64,000 nucleotides of DNA from positions 4,898,001-4,962,000 of the forward strand of contig CM035361.1 in NCBI GenBank assembly GCA_020137815.1. Direction: 5' to 3'. Of the stretch, positions 1-56,990 are shown one piece after another. Within the stretch, counting starts at the first letter, position 1; each line of letters starts with the position of its first letter. Under the pieces are notes generated by a model. That model made no database searches. It was not told where the DNA came from and saw nothing but the letters and a program-made list of their open reading frames with translations. The stretch comes from Hormiphora californensis. Taxonomy: Eukaryota; Animalia; Ctenophora. The position numbers and the translations under genes are program-made.

Positions 1-985
1 TGTTCAAATTTCCTTTTAGTGAAAAAACCAGACCTCTATCTTACTCCTGAGCGGTGCTATTAATGAAAATACGACGTGCGGTGCTCTTGTGCGGTGCTGA
101 CCTCTAGTTTGCCTCCTGATGCTTCTTATAAGTTGAAATTTCAGGAATCGATGACCATAATTTTTTCCCAATCAACAAAACTAACATCGATAAACATTTT
201 ACTCTTTTAGTGCGGTGCAGGCCTAAATTTCTGCTTTTTTCTTACTCTTGAAGGGTAAAATGAGCAAATAGCATTACGGTTTCTTGCACACCTTTTCTAT
301 CGACATTTCTTGATACTATGAACCTAAAATCAACACTAAAGTTTACTCATGGGGTGCGGTGCAGAGGTTTCAAAAGTGGTTGCATATTGCGACTTGTCAA
401 TTGCACCGCAATTAATGAGTAAATACGTCTGAAAACTAGCTAGTGGTGTAGCTAGTGTCTATATCAACTGTTTCTGATCAAAATTGGAATCATTTACTCA
501 TTTGGTGCGGTGCTATGGGCATTTTAATAGAACTTGATATTTTCCGTGTCACCGCACCAAATGAGTAAATTTTTTGATTTTTTCAGCACTAATTGTTCCT
601 TTACAAATGAGGAACGTATTAGTCAACATTTGGAGAATAATAGAGTCCATTTCATGCTATAAAACCTCGATTTAAAAATGCTGCTACTTTGAGTGCCAAT
701 TGCACCGCACTAGATGAGTCACATGCTTACTCATCGCTGTAGGCAAGATTTATAGACCAATTATCTGCAATTTTACTCAAAAATTGCAGTTGTATCATTT
801 GTCCTGAAGATTTTGTACCAGTTTTAGCAAACGTGGTCATATGCACCGCACAACATGAGTTAAGTTTAAAAACACCAGCTTAAATTACTCTCAAGACACT
901 TTTACATCATAATTTTGATTTTTAGCAATTTTGAAAAAAATATTTCTTGCCTAAATACTCCTTTTTCCAAAATTTGTCAAATTTT
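1..985. mobile_element. AT-rich DNA-transposon-like remnant with dispersed GTGCGGTGC / GCACCGCA and TTACTCA / TGAGTAA sub-repeats
   Basis: Motif orientation switches from mostly GTGCGGTG (left) to GCACCGCA (right); truncated by the window start. Confidence 0.5.
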
Positions 986-1310
986 CAGTCGAGGAGACGA
1001 CCAGTTAAAAAAAACAAGACCATAAGGTCATCACGTGATGTCCATATAAGGTCATCACGTGATACACGACGAGACATCTCGATTTGCCAGGTAAAATACC
1101 CATATAAGGTCATCACGTGATGTCCATATAAGGTCATCACGTGATGTCCATATAAGGTCATCACGTGATACACGACGAGACATCTTGGTTTGCCAGGTAA
1201 AATGGAAACCCCAAGCAACAATAGCCCTCACAATTAGGTTTTGTGACATTTCACACGGTCATTGCGCCACCCCCTGATGGGATAGAGAAATCCTTAAGGT
1301 TAGGTAGATC

Positions 1311-1829
1311 CTAACAGTATTATAACCTCTCCTCCTAAGATGAACAGTACCGTAACCTCACCCCTCTCTCCTAACAGTACCGTAACTTCATCCCACCTCC
1401 CCAACCCCCTCTCCTCCCGTATACTAACAGTATCTCACCCCATCTCTCACACCCCCTCCCCCTAACAGTATCTCACCTCACCCCTCCCCCTAACAGTATC
1501 TCACCTCTCCTCACCCCCCCCCCCCTCCCCCTAACAGTATCTCACCTCACCCCTCCCCCTAACAGTATCTCACCCCACCCCTCCCCCTAACAGTATATCA
1601 CCCCATCTCACACGCCCTCCCCCTAACAGTATCTCATCCTCCCCCTAACAGTATCTCACCCCATCTCACACCCCCTAACAGTATCTCACCCCACCCCTCC
1701 TCCTAACAGTATCTCACCTCACCCCTCCTCCTAACAGTATCTCACCTCACCCCTCCTCCTAACAGTATCTCACCTCACCCCTCCCCCTAACAGTATCTCA
1801 CCCCATCTCACAACCCCTCCCCCTAACAG
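1311..1829 (+). repeat. Tandem array of CCCCTAACAG|TATC units ending at the real 3' splice site
   Basis: About 18 variable units that reproduce the branch-like CTAAC, the AG and the first bases of exon 1830. Confidence 0.9.
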
Positions 1830-45599
<43,770 letters not shown>

Positions 45600-45948
45600 A
45601 GATATCTCACGCGTCATCCCTCACGCGTTAGCCCTCACGCAGCGTGAGAGAGAGAGAATGTACCGTGACGTGAGAAAGCAACGTACGGTGTGTGATATAT
45701 AATTGAACTCTTATCTTATTATTTTCGTGTTTATGTGCATTGTTACATGTGTAGTGAGTGTGTTTTGACTTGAAAATGTATTAGTGTTTATGCTTCTCTT
45801 GATCCCCACGAAATTGAACGTGTTTTTAGTTTCAAATGATAACAGGGGCACCGTTACATTACTATCTGTTTGAACCTTTGGCGTTATATACTATATAGTC
45901 GCACGCAGAAAGCGATCAACAGATGGTTCAAATGGTGTCCCTGAAATT

Positions 45949-45954
45949 AATAAA
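45949..45954 (+). terminator. Candidate polyadenylation signal of the dynein gene
   Basis: AATAAA about 350 nt after the stop codon. Confidence 0.45.
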
Positions 45955-46124
45955 GGATGGAAAATCGGTCAGGCCACTGCACTGACAGTGTCATGGTACT
46001 GGGCGTATTTCAGGACGACTGAAACTGGTGTCGTTGTCTGGCGGCGCCGACCCGATCTGAGAATCAAAACGGGGTTTGGCGCTGACAAACAACTTCGTTG
46101 TGTGGCGCTACCAGTTTCAGTGTC

Positions 46125-46910
46125 TGTACGCTATCTGTCCCATGCACGTCATCTATCTGTCCCATGCACGTCATCTGTCCCGTGCCCGCTATCTGTCCCG
46201 TGCACGCTATCTGTCCCATGCACGTCATCTATCTGTTCCGTGCACGCTATCTGTCCTGTGCACGATATCTGTCCCGTGCACGCTATCTGTCCCGTGCACG
46301 CTATCTGTCCCGTGCACGCTATCTGTTCCGTGCACGCTATCTGTCCTGTACACGATATCTGTCCTGTACACGATATCTGTCCCGTGCACGCTATCTGTCC
46401 TGTACACGATATCTGTCCTGTACACGATATCTGTCCCGTGCACGCTATCTGTCCCGTGCACGCTATCTCTCCCGTGCACGCTATCTGTCCCGTGCACGCT
46501 ATCTCTCCCGTGCACGCTATCTGTCCCGGGCCTGCTGTCTGTCCAGTGCACGCTATCAGATCCCTGCACGCTATCTGTCCCGTACACGCTATCTTTCCCG
46601 TGCACGTCATCTGTCCCGTGCACGCTATCAGACCCCTGCACGCTATCAGTCCTGTGCACGCTATCTGTCCCGTGCACGTTATCTGTCCCGTGCACGCTAT
46701 CTGTCCCGTGCACGCTATCTGTCCCGTACACGCTATCTGTCCCGTGCACGCTATCTGTCCCGTGCACGTTATATGTCCCGTGCACGCTATCTGTTCCGTG
46801 CACGCTAGCTGTCCCGGGCACGCTACCTGTCCCGTGCACGCTATATGTCCCGTGTACGCTATCTGTCCAGTGCACGCTATCGGTCCCGTGCACGCTATCT
46901 GTCCAGTGCA
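46125..46910. repeat. 18-bp minisatellite GTGCACGCTATCTGTCCC
   Basis: About 40 units between the converging 3' ends of the two genes. Confidence 0.95.
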
Positions 46911-47197
46911 GGCCTGCGGGATTCTGAATCCACGATGGGGAAATCAGTTCTGACCAACTGGGGAGAAGAAGTCCCTTTTCTTCACGACCACTCATTCACG
47001 AACACGCATAGTGTCGGCCAAATCGCTTAAATGCGATATAGTCCCTATAGTTGGTTCCCCATGTCCATTATACAAGAAGGCAAACAATAAACTTGTCTAA
47101 TTCAACTGAGCTATATGTATCAGGTAAACCAACAATATTCAACAAATTCACCAATGTTACCATAGCAACCACATTGGATACCATATAACAACAAATT

Positions 47198-50100
47198 TCA
47201 GCAATATCCAATTTTGTGTCTGGTTTCCAAACACTGTAAAGCCCCGGTTGAGGGAATAACACTATACTTTGAGCACCAAAATAGTCCGTTAACATTGTAT
47301 CTTGAGTTCATTAGTCGGAACATCCGGTTCTTACGGCGGCCATCATATCGGAGTTTCTGGTAGGATCGGGATCTCTCGTCAGGTGTTTCTTGTTGGTTTA
47401 TCACCTGAAAAGATGATGGTGACAGACTGCAGTGGTGAAGCATTGGATAGGGAAACATATTGGGTTTATTGGTTGGTGGTGAAGCACATAGAGTGGCGGT
47501 GAAATATGAAAACGGATTGATGATGTGATCGAAGCTTCGATCACATCATCAATTCGCAAAGCATCATCAATTCGCAAAGCAGGGAAATAAGGAATAAAAC
47601 AAAGGGGGAAATGAAAAGTGGAGGGGAATCATAAGTGCAATGGGGAAAACAGTTGTACTTGAATCTCAGGTTCAGGTCACGGCTATTTGCGCCTGAGACT
47701 CAGATGTGACCTGCCGCGCCAGACAGGAGATACAAAACACGAAAAGGGTGTTCTACTCGTCCACAAAATGCAGAAAACACGGATTTAATCGCTACTCAAG
47801 TTTCTACCCGTCCTTTGGGGGAAAATAGTCGTGTCTGAACCTCAGGTTCAGGTCACTGAAGCTTGAGATCTTTGAGATACGCAACATGAAAAATGATTTC
47901 TACTCTTCTTCTACTCACCTCTATGTCATCACAGTAAATCACTTTCAGTCCTGCACCTTTGACCTTGACAAAGAAATCAGCGTGTTCTGCTATCTTGAGC
48001 TCCGGGGACCAACCACCAATCTGAAATACAGTTGGAGAGTTTTTAAACGCAGCTTTGACTCAAAGTTTGAGGACGAAAAGCACCCCTTCAGGTAGAGATC
48101 TCTAAAAAGATTGCAAAGATGAACAAGAATAATTGCGGTATAATGCCATACCGCCTGATTTCCCCGCCGGCCGCCAACCATGTGATCTGGCATGTGCCAG
48201 TTGCCACACCTGCTTCTAATTGGGCACTGATACGTGAGCCGGTATAGCTGATGGGTTGCCTGAGCTATGTGATATCCTAGTAATAATAAGTCGCAGTTCC
48301 GATCACAAATGCAGAACAATGTTCATTGCACAATGACGTAGGGCGCGATGACAAATCTATGAACAATTTTAATTGCAAGTGCAACATAAAGGCGCCGCGC
48401 ACATACGCACGAACTTCCGGTTGTGTTCAGTCAGTAAGTGACAGCATTCCGCACTGGATAGTTGCCAACAGCAACTCAGGAGGTTACGTTACAGGAAAGC
48501 GTGACACTTCACTAGTATATGTAATTGTAAAATTGTCGAATTCTAAACCCCCTATGCCTTTTTGCAAAAGGCATCTGGGTGAATGCCTTCGGCATTCACC
48601 CAGGCGGGGAAAAAATCGCATGGGGGGAGGCACACTGAAGTTGAGCGCGCTCGTTCAAATCTCAACCTCGCGACACACACTGAAGTTCGAAGTTCGAAGT
48701 TTCGCGAAAACCAATTTTCGGCTGAGAAATCATTTGTAAGATGCTAACTTACTTACCGGTAGGGGAGACTTGACCCATATGGTACACTTGCCCAAATGGA
48801 ATTTTTCGCTGGGGAGCCCAATATAAGATTTTCAAGATTATTTCACCCTAGAATGTGATACAAATAGGCTCAGTACCATTTCCAGCCCATGTAACAGTCA
48901 TTGGACAGTCAATGTAATTTTTGGCGGACGAAAAAAATCGAAACAAAAAAGTTAGAAATTTGGCCTGTCTGATACCATTTATTTTGTGCACCCATGATTT
49001 CCGAACCAAAATCTATCGTACAGGAGTTGGACTTCAGACTTTGTCACAGCATATCTCACCGATTTATTTTACATTAAACAGTTAATTTGATAGGAAATCA
49101 CTAAAACCTGAAGATACCCAATTTTGGTTAAATGGCATACTTTTTTGTATTAATATGGAATATTCCATTTGACCAAAACTTACTATACCATTTTGGCAAA
49201 GTTTTACGTATTGTGCGTAATTTGACTAAGTTCTCTGCTTTCCTGTGCATTAATGAACTTCGTTTTTAATTTTCAAAGTTTGGAAGTCGTTTTGATCACG
49301 CTAGCCGGCAGAAAAACGTTTCCGTACTACTCTTTCTGAGCCCGCGGTGTTGGGTTGTTGTTTCCGTACAACTCTGGCTGCTCCTGTTCTATAGTTTATG
49401 GTACCATATTTCGTTAGGGTATGTTCATCATATTTGGAACAGTGAGCTTTCTCGCAACCACCTAAATTCGGATTTTCTTATTTAAGCCCGTGTAGGATAT
49501 CCCATTTTGGTAAAATGGACTATCCCATTTTGGCAAATAATCCTATCCCGTATAACCAAATTTTTCATTTAAACCCCCAAAATAATCCAATTCCGTATAA
49601 CCAAATAATTCCGTATGACCAATATTTTTTTTCCCAAATGGACTACCAGCATATCTCTACTAAGGGGTTATTTTAAGCTGTAAATGACACATTGGGGAAA
49701 TAAAATGAACGATTTAATGATCATCTACCAAAAAATGTTAGGTATTAGACTAAATCGTTGAACAGGACACACCTAAACAAGATAGTGGTTCATATGGGTC
49801 AAGTCTCCCCTACATTTCTCGAGGTGTCCTTTATCCATACCGAGTCAATTTCACCGTTTTTGAAATTTTTGGCTAATCCGGTCACAGTTGTCCCAATTCA
49901 CCAAAAAATTTAAAAACGGTGAAATTGACTCGGTATGGACAAAGGACACCTCGAGAGATGTACCAGTAAATAAGTTAGCACCTTACAAATGATTTCTCAG
50001 CCGAAAATGGGGTTTCGCGAAACTTCGAACTTTTCCGCGAAACTAGAATCACACTCCACAATCACACTTGATATAATACCTGTATAACAGGTTGAGTCTT

Positions 50101-53100
50101 GGCTAGAAAGATGTTACTCGTTGAATCACATTGTTCACAGTTCGGATGGGCGGGTATGATGCCTGGCTTCCTGTCACAGTGGCCGCTGAACATACCAAAC
50201 TCCTGCAGGGGGAGGAAATAATTATCAGATTCTATTAATTACTAGACTACAGGTCTGATGAAATACAATTTTGTATTGAAACATGTGTAAACTGTTGAAC
50301 TAAACTTCCTTGTTTTTATTTGTAGACTACAGGTCTAATTAATTTGAATATACAGTCGGACCCTGATTATCCGGACCCTGATTTACTGATTTTACCAGGA
50401 GTATAAACTTCCCCTGAGCATCCCGGTAAATCGGGGCCCGAATGTACCTGTCGCTTGTGGTAATATCCGAAGCGGATGGATCCGGCGAACTTGATGAATC
50501 CTTCGAACTTCCCACCGACAATCGTGGCATCTGTCGTATCCAATATATTGATCATCTGTTAATTAATAAATTAGTCAATTAATTTAACAATTAATTAAAT
50601 TAATTAATTGGCAAACAATTAGTTTAACCGGGTAGAAGGTTCAATTTGAACTTCAAAATAGAAATCAACTTTCTATTGGCGATGAAGACTATAGTAATTA
50701 GTTAACTAATTATATCATTTAAATGATTTGTTAATTAGTTATACCTTATCAATATCCGTTTTATTGTTAAACACGTGATCATCATCCACCAGCAGGAAGT
50801 ACTTAGTTTTCACCATGTCAAGTGCAATGTTTCGTCCAACTGATATTCCCATGTCTTCATCATCACCTGCACGTTTTAATAGTTTTAATATTAATTAGTA
50901 TTAATTAATTAGTTTTAATATTAATTAATTAGTTAAATAAAACACACGGTCATTGTGATTATTAATATATGTGTTGATGATTGATTAGATATTTGGTGTT
51001 ATCAACGATAACACCATCCAAATACCCTTTCCACCAAATGACAAAGTTCGGTACCAGGAACCGACCGACACAAGTAAAAAACCAATCAGAACTGCTGCAT
51101 GTGCTAATTAATTTTCATACCGGAGCGGCCGTACTGATATACTTCGTCTGTCTGGCGGCGTCAGACCCCGAGCGACTTGTTAACAAGTACCCCTTACTCA
51201 GCAACGAATAACAGTGCGCTCAGATGGGGTGATCTGTGGCGCCAGACAGTACTTACCCACAATGTACTCAAGGTGGGGATATTTAGATAGCTCCGTCCAC
51301 ACCTCTTCAGGATAGTCATTGGGCCCATCATCCAGACAAATTATCCTCAAATCATACCCTGCAAGGAGACACCAAATAATTCTACAATATACATAGTACA
51401 TTATCTATAGATGTATAGATACTGATAGTGATAGCCATAGATCAAGATGTGTCTATAAAAGAAACGGGTCGAATTCGACGAGGAAACATGTCAAATTGGA
51501 TTAGGATTAGGAATCTGTTAATCTCGTTAATTACCTTTGATATCTCTGATTGATTGAGCAAGTCGGGCCACTAGATACGGTCTTCGTGCTGTCTTTGTTA
51601 TGACCGTGATACAATCAAATGGATTCGTACAACTGAGAAAAATATTGGTTAAAGATTTCTCCCTCAACTGAGAAAAATATTGGTTAAAGATTTCTCCCTC
51701 AACTGTCATTATAATCGTTGATTCAACAAATAAAATTGCTGCGAATTCTACACTTACTGTGAAGCAAAGTTTGGTCGGAATGACTTGACAGCCTCTACTG
51801 GGTTGTTCAAACCACATGCCTTGAAATCACATTGATCGTTTTCCATTGGCTCAACATTTACAAATATCTCCCTGTCTTTCATGAACACTAGGTATGAATG
51901 GATTAGTTATAATGTAACATCAACTTCATAGCTGCGAAAGAATTGAAATAACTTCGTCGAATTTCGGGCTAGCTCAGAAGTTTAATAGCCCAATTAGACA
52001 GCTGTTAACAACTTGTCGTGTAGCCCCTAAAAATAAATTTGGGCTAAAGTCCTTATATATAATGCCCGATACCTGGTTCTTCGACGAATTCCAGTTTGGA
52101 AGCCTCCTCGTTACATTTCGTCAGAGAGATTGGTGCAGCCAGACATGGGAACAATGTAGCAACATACGGATCTAGCTCTAAAAGGAGGCGTTTATCAGAC
52201 ACCAAAAAAGGGTTAAAGTTTTAGGTGTCAATCGGCAAACCATGAATTGCCAAGTCAACGAAGTAAGTCCCAGAGAAGTTCAAAGAAAGTCCAAAAATTG
52301 GAGTCCAAAAAAGTCAAAACCATTCCACTTACTCGATGCAGGGGAAACACACAGTACAGCTCCCTTTTCATCCGGAACCAACACGGTTAGAAAACCAGTT
52401 TCTTTTTGAAATGAGAATCGGAGTGAATCACCATCACATTCACCTAGACCTGCAGAATGTCAAGGAATTAACCATGTACTTGCCTGGCTAGACTGTGTTT
52501 CGGGGAGGGTTAGAACATAACAACCATGCACCTGGGTTGGCATCAGGAACCGACAGAAACAAGTAAACAACCAATCGGAACTCGTTATTTAGTTCACGTG
52601 ACTGGTTATTAGCCAATCAGGGACCAGTATTTCCTGATTCGGTCGGTTCCTGGTTGGCATGGAGGATTGCTGAGCAAACTCCATGGCTTGGTAACCATGG
52701 TAACAACACATTTGCTTACCTAATTCAGGGGATGTAGGGTTAGGTCCACCATTGAGCAGCTTTACACACGATCCAGCGGGCTTATAGACCAAGTTACCAC
52801 TAACTGTCAGCTCAAATAGTTGCTCCTGAAAATATGATGGTGTGATATGCCCATATTTGGTCAGTTTATTACGTCATCATATGCCCATATATGGTCAGGT
52901 TTATGACGTCACATATGCACATATATTGGTCAGTTTATGACTTCACATATGCCCATATATGGCAGTGTAACACATACCAAATCAGGATCACAATGCCCAA
53001 CAAGAAGAACAGAGTTATCTCCGTCCACATCGATACACCGTCCTGTGTACCACAGCTTTAACCGGTGGTTTGATATCCTTGCTGGGAAATCTGTTCCGCC

Positions 53101-53878
53101 ATCATCTTCTTGTTTACCATCCTCAGTATTGTTGTGATAATGATGCTGATGATTTTATGATAACATCTGAAACTGAGTTGCTTATAAGCATTCGAATTTG
53201 TTTCTTTCCTCCGAAAGAAATGAATTTGAGTTCAATTTTCAGAAGCTAGAGAACACCAAATCCTCCAGCTCCTGAAAATTGACTTCACCGTAGGCAAAGC
53301 AATAAAGAATTTAAAATCCAATTCCTCAAAGTAGTTATTTACCACTAACTAAAGAAGTTGTTAAACTCACTATTTCTCCTACTGCGGGTATGCCCATACA
53401 TGGTAAGTTTATCACTAAATTTAACTCACTATTTCTTGTACTGCGGGTATCCAGGGCCTCTTGGAGTCTCTGTAGCGCGGAGCAGGGTGTATTGAGATAG
53501 GTGGTTAGTTCTCGTAGTACCAAGACACCAAACAGACAAACTATCAATAATAAACCGTACCTGGAATAGGCATTGCTGTAATGAAGGAACCGACCGAAAC
53601 AAGTAAACAACCAATCAGAACTCGTTATTTAGGTCACGTGACTGGTTATCAGCCAATCAGGGACCAGTATTTCCTAATTCGGTCGGTTCCTGCTGTCATG
53701 TCATATCATTTTAAATCTTTGCATATTTTATCAAGCTGATCTACTTTTGTAAATTTTACCCTGTACAATGTATTCGAAAACTGCAACTAACCTAGTTAAC
53801 TAATTAATTACAAATTACTAATTAACTAATTAACTAATTAACTAATTACCTTCTTAACAAGACTGCAGGCATCATCAT
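47198..53878 (-). CDS. Type II membrane glycosyltransferase: ricin-B-like lectin domain plus GT2 beta-1,4-N-acetylgalactosaminyltransferase-like (B4GALNT1/2-like) catalytic domain, about 555 aa
   Basis: Phase-consistent minus-strand exons: 53850-53878, 53430-53560, 52978-53166, 52720-52825, 52333-52449, 52073-52177, 51758-51887, 51535-51632, 51257-51358, 50745-50866, 50448-50555, (50243-50254), 50080-50202, 47919-48020, 47198-47404. Translation: MMMPAVLLRRYGLLLIVCLFGVLVL (signal anchor); RLKLWYTGRCIDVDG..LVGHCDPDLEQLF (ricin-like); ITVITKTARRP..IICLDDG..GISVGRNIALDMVKTKYFLLVDDDHVF (GT-A DxD motif)..NIFLAKT..GGWSPELKIAEHADFF. One extra base in TTTT at 53153-53156 must be removed to keep the frame. 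Confidence 0.88.
48690..50032. mobile_element. Palindromic MITE split by a nested TA-targeting element
   Basis: The left arm (48690-48761 joined to 49813-49872) is the reverse complement of the right arm (about 49900-50032). Confidence 0.82.
48762..49810. mobile_element. Nested non-autonomous TIR element with TA target duplication
   Basis: TIR GGGGAGACTTGACCCATATG / CATATGGGTCAAGTCTCCCC, flanked by TA on both sides. Confidence 0.85.
50353..50444. mobile_element. Tiny Tc1/mariner-type MITE (same family as 7628-7710)
   Basis: TA|CAGTCGGACCCTGATT...TAAATCGGGGCCCGAATG|TA. Confidence 0.75.
52544..52652 (-). mobile_element. 109-bp hAT-like MITE copy
   Basis: TIRs; 8-bp TSD GTTGGCAT. Confidence 0.9.
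53584..53692 (-). mobile_element. 109-bp hAT-like MITE copy
   Basis: TIRs; TSD CTGTAATG/CTGTCATG. Confidence 0.87.
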
Positions 53879-54421
53879 GTTGTACTTATTGGAACTCAGC
53901 TATATTTCAAGCTCCAATCTGCGGTGCCAAAAGTGATATTATAGTTCCAATTATTGCTTCGTTGGGGTAAGATCCTCGTTATCCGCCCTATTACCTAGTT
54001 AAACAAATCGATGTTGAACCGGGTTGAAAGTGGGTTAAAAAGTGGCTGTTTTACAAGATATGATGATACAATGCAAGGGTGAATTGATACTATCCGAACC
54101 TTATACAAAGAGTTGTTCACTTCTATTATATACACAAGAAGATACTATCCGTGCAAAGAGATGTTCGCGCCTCGACCTCCGGCTCCAGCAATTTGGCACG
54201 TGAGTGTATAATCGTTAATGATAATGGGATCCCGATCAAGAAATAGACATGTATGGGAATACGCAATACAAGTGGGTAAATTGGAGTATACAAATTAGAC
54301 TTGGAGTTTGTATTTGGATATAGTAGAAGAGTTGTTACGACATAATATCAACGCCATTTGAAACTTTGACGCCCGACGAACAATAGGAACTCGCTAAAAT
54401 GGACTAAAGAGACCTGGAGAG

Positions 54422-54460
<39 letters not shown>

Positions 54461-54467
54461 AGAGAGA

Positions 54468-54605
<138 letters not shown>

Positions 54606-54725
54606 AAAGTTAATACAAAAGGGGATAGAGATAGTGTTACTTGAGCCGAACAACAATGTAAAAAGGAGCTCTTGGTACAATGTCAAATTTACATAAAACA
54701 CTCCTAACAATAGTATACACAATAT

Positions 54726-54825
54726 NNNNNNNNNNNNNNNNNNNNNNNNNNNNNNNNNNNNNNNNNNNNNNNNNNNNNNNNNNNNNNNNNNNNNNNNNNN
54801 NNNNNNNNNNNNNNNNNNNNNNNNN
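54726..54825. other. Assembly gap (100 N)
   Basis: Run of N. Confidence 1.
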
Positions 54826-55876
54826 ACTGGTGCAGTTCTTTGTCGGTTTGGTTTACTTCATTAACACCCTAAGAGCTATCCGACCCTGCATTATTGAATT
54901 ATAGTTAGGTGTATAGATACAGGGTGTTCGTGCTGCACAGTTCTATGATTTTGTTTTAGCGTATCTTTTGGTCGTGTGTTTCTGCACGTATGGCTGGCTT
55001 AGAATTGGGGATAAGCACCGCATGCTTATCCAGTGATTAGGAGAGATCAACCCTTTGGCCTATCTTTTGACCGTGTATTTTGAGCGAAGTCAACGGCACT
55101 CGATCGCCTTTACTTTATATGTTTAAACGGACCATTCCATTTATATTTTCTAAGCACCTTTGACCTTGAACGAAGAGATGACAACTCTTTAGCCCCGGGG
55201 CGTTGCTGCAATATGAATTTTCATTAGATCGAGTTAACACTGCTATTTCCAAGCCTTGGACCTCTTCCTCTGGTCTACGGGTCCTTCTCCCCCTTCCTTT
55301 TTAAAACTCTCTTCCGCCCACTTTTTCCCGTCTTTTTTTTTTCTTCTAAGACTTGAGCGAAGGTTTATTACAAAGTCCGTGTTTTAACGGCAAATTGCTA
55401 AAAAGGGTTCCTTGTCTAACGTTTGTTCCCTGTAGGGGTGTATACATTTTTCCCCCCCCCTTTCTCTTCCTTCTCACCTCTCCCCTCCCCTCTCCCTCTC
55501 CTCTCTTCCCTTCTCTCATTCCCTTTCTTTTCCTCTCTCTCAACGTCCTCCTCCTCCCCCTCCTCTCTCTCCACTTTCTTTCCCTCCGGGTCTCTGCCCG
55601 CTGCTATCCGGCGTCCCCTTACACCCACCATCTAACGCACCGTACCTAGTACCAGCGTGACCTTGCCCTCCCCAGCTTTCTCTTCCCTCCTCCCCCCTTT
55701 TCTCTAATTTTTCTTTTTCTCCTCTCCTCTCTCTTTTTCTTCTCTCGTCCTCTCCTCCCCAGCCTCTCTCTCTCTCTCTTTTCCCTCTTCCCTTTTCCCT
55801 CTCCCCTCTTCGACTCTGTGCCACCACCCTCCATATCCCCACACAACCTCGGTCTTATACCTCTAGCTCTAAAGAT

Positions 55877-55936
<60 letters not shown>

Positions 55937-56562
55937 CTCTCTCTCCAGGCACGCTCTCTTCTCCTACCTGTGTATTGTATATATCATCTTATTATATTGC
56001 AGCTATGTCTGGCAAGGAGTGTGTTAATACCACCATCTTATATATCTCATCTGAAGACAGCAGCCCATTTTTATTAAATCTCTTTATTTGGCAATACTCC
56101 AGCAACCCATTTCCGCGATAGAAGCTTGTAATTCATATACAATTCATAGCGGCTGTAGTATTTGTGTTGCCCGTCATACAGACACAAATTTTATTCTCAG
56201 GTGATGCTCTATTAATTCAAACTGAATTTTATCTTCTATATTTCCTCCATGGATCTGTCCGTATTAATTTTATTCCCAGGAGAATTTGTTTTCTTAGAAT
56301 TCCAGATTTCCCAAAATAATGTGGTTCTAGAGGTATAACACCTTGAGGTACTACATATTGTTGAGGACAGCAGATGACTCGACGGTATAAGTTGATTTGA
56401 ATATGTTTAGAAAGGGAGAGAGAGGGAAGGGAGTATCAGAGAGAGGGAGAGAGATGCTACCTTTACAGTCTTGTTCCTTCGCAAGGGCGAAGGAAGCTTA
56501 GTGTAACCCAAAATTATTGCAAGTCATTAATCTGCCGTTTGAGGGGCGCTTGAGATCCCAAT

Positions 56563-56990
56563 CATGAAGGAGCAAGAGTTGTGTTTATGAAGGAGCAAGA
56601 GTTGTGTTGATGAAAGAGCAAGAGTTGTGTTGATGAAGGAGCAAGAGTTGTGTTGATGAAGGAGCAAGAGTTGTTTTGATGAAGGAGCAAGAGTTGTGTT
56701 GATGAAGGAGCACGAGTTGTTTTTATGAAGGAACAAGAGTTGTGTTTATAAAGGAGCAATAGTTGTGTTTGTGAAGGAGCAAGAGTTGTGTTGATGAAAG
56801 AGCAAGAGTTGTGTGGATGAAGGAGCAAGAGTTGTTTTGATGAAGGAGCAAGAGTTGTGTTGATGAAAGAGCAAGAGTTGTTTTGATGAAGGAGCAAGAG
56901 TTGTGTTTATGAAGGAGCAAGAGTTGTGTTTATGAAGGAGCAAGAGTTTTGTTGATGAAGGAGCAAGAGTTGTGTTTATGAAGGAGCACG
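56563..56990. repeat. 23-bp minisatellite GATGAAGGAGCAAGAGTTGTGTT
   Basis: About 18 units. Confidence 0.95.

Noticed and set aside
46125-46910. CRISPR-like or Cys/His metal-binding protein interpretation
   Set aside because: No unique spacers and no cas genes; the open frames follow from an 18-bp unit lacking stop codons.
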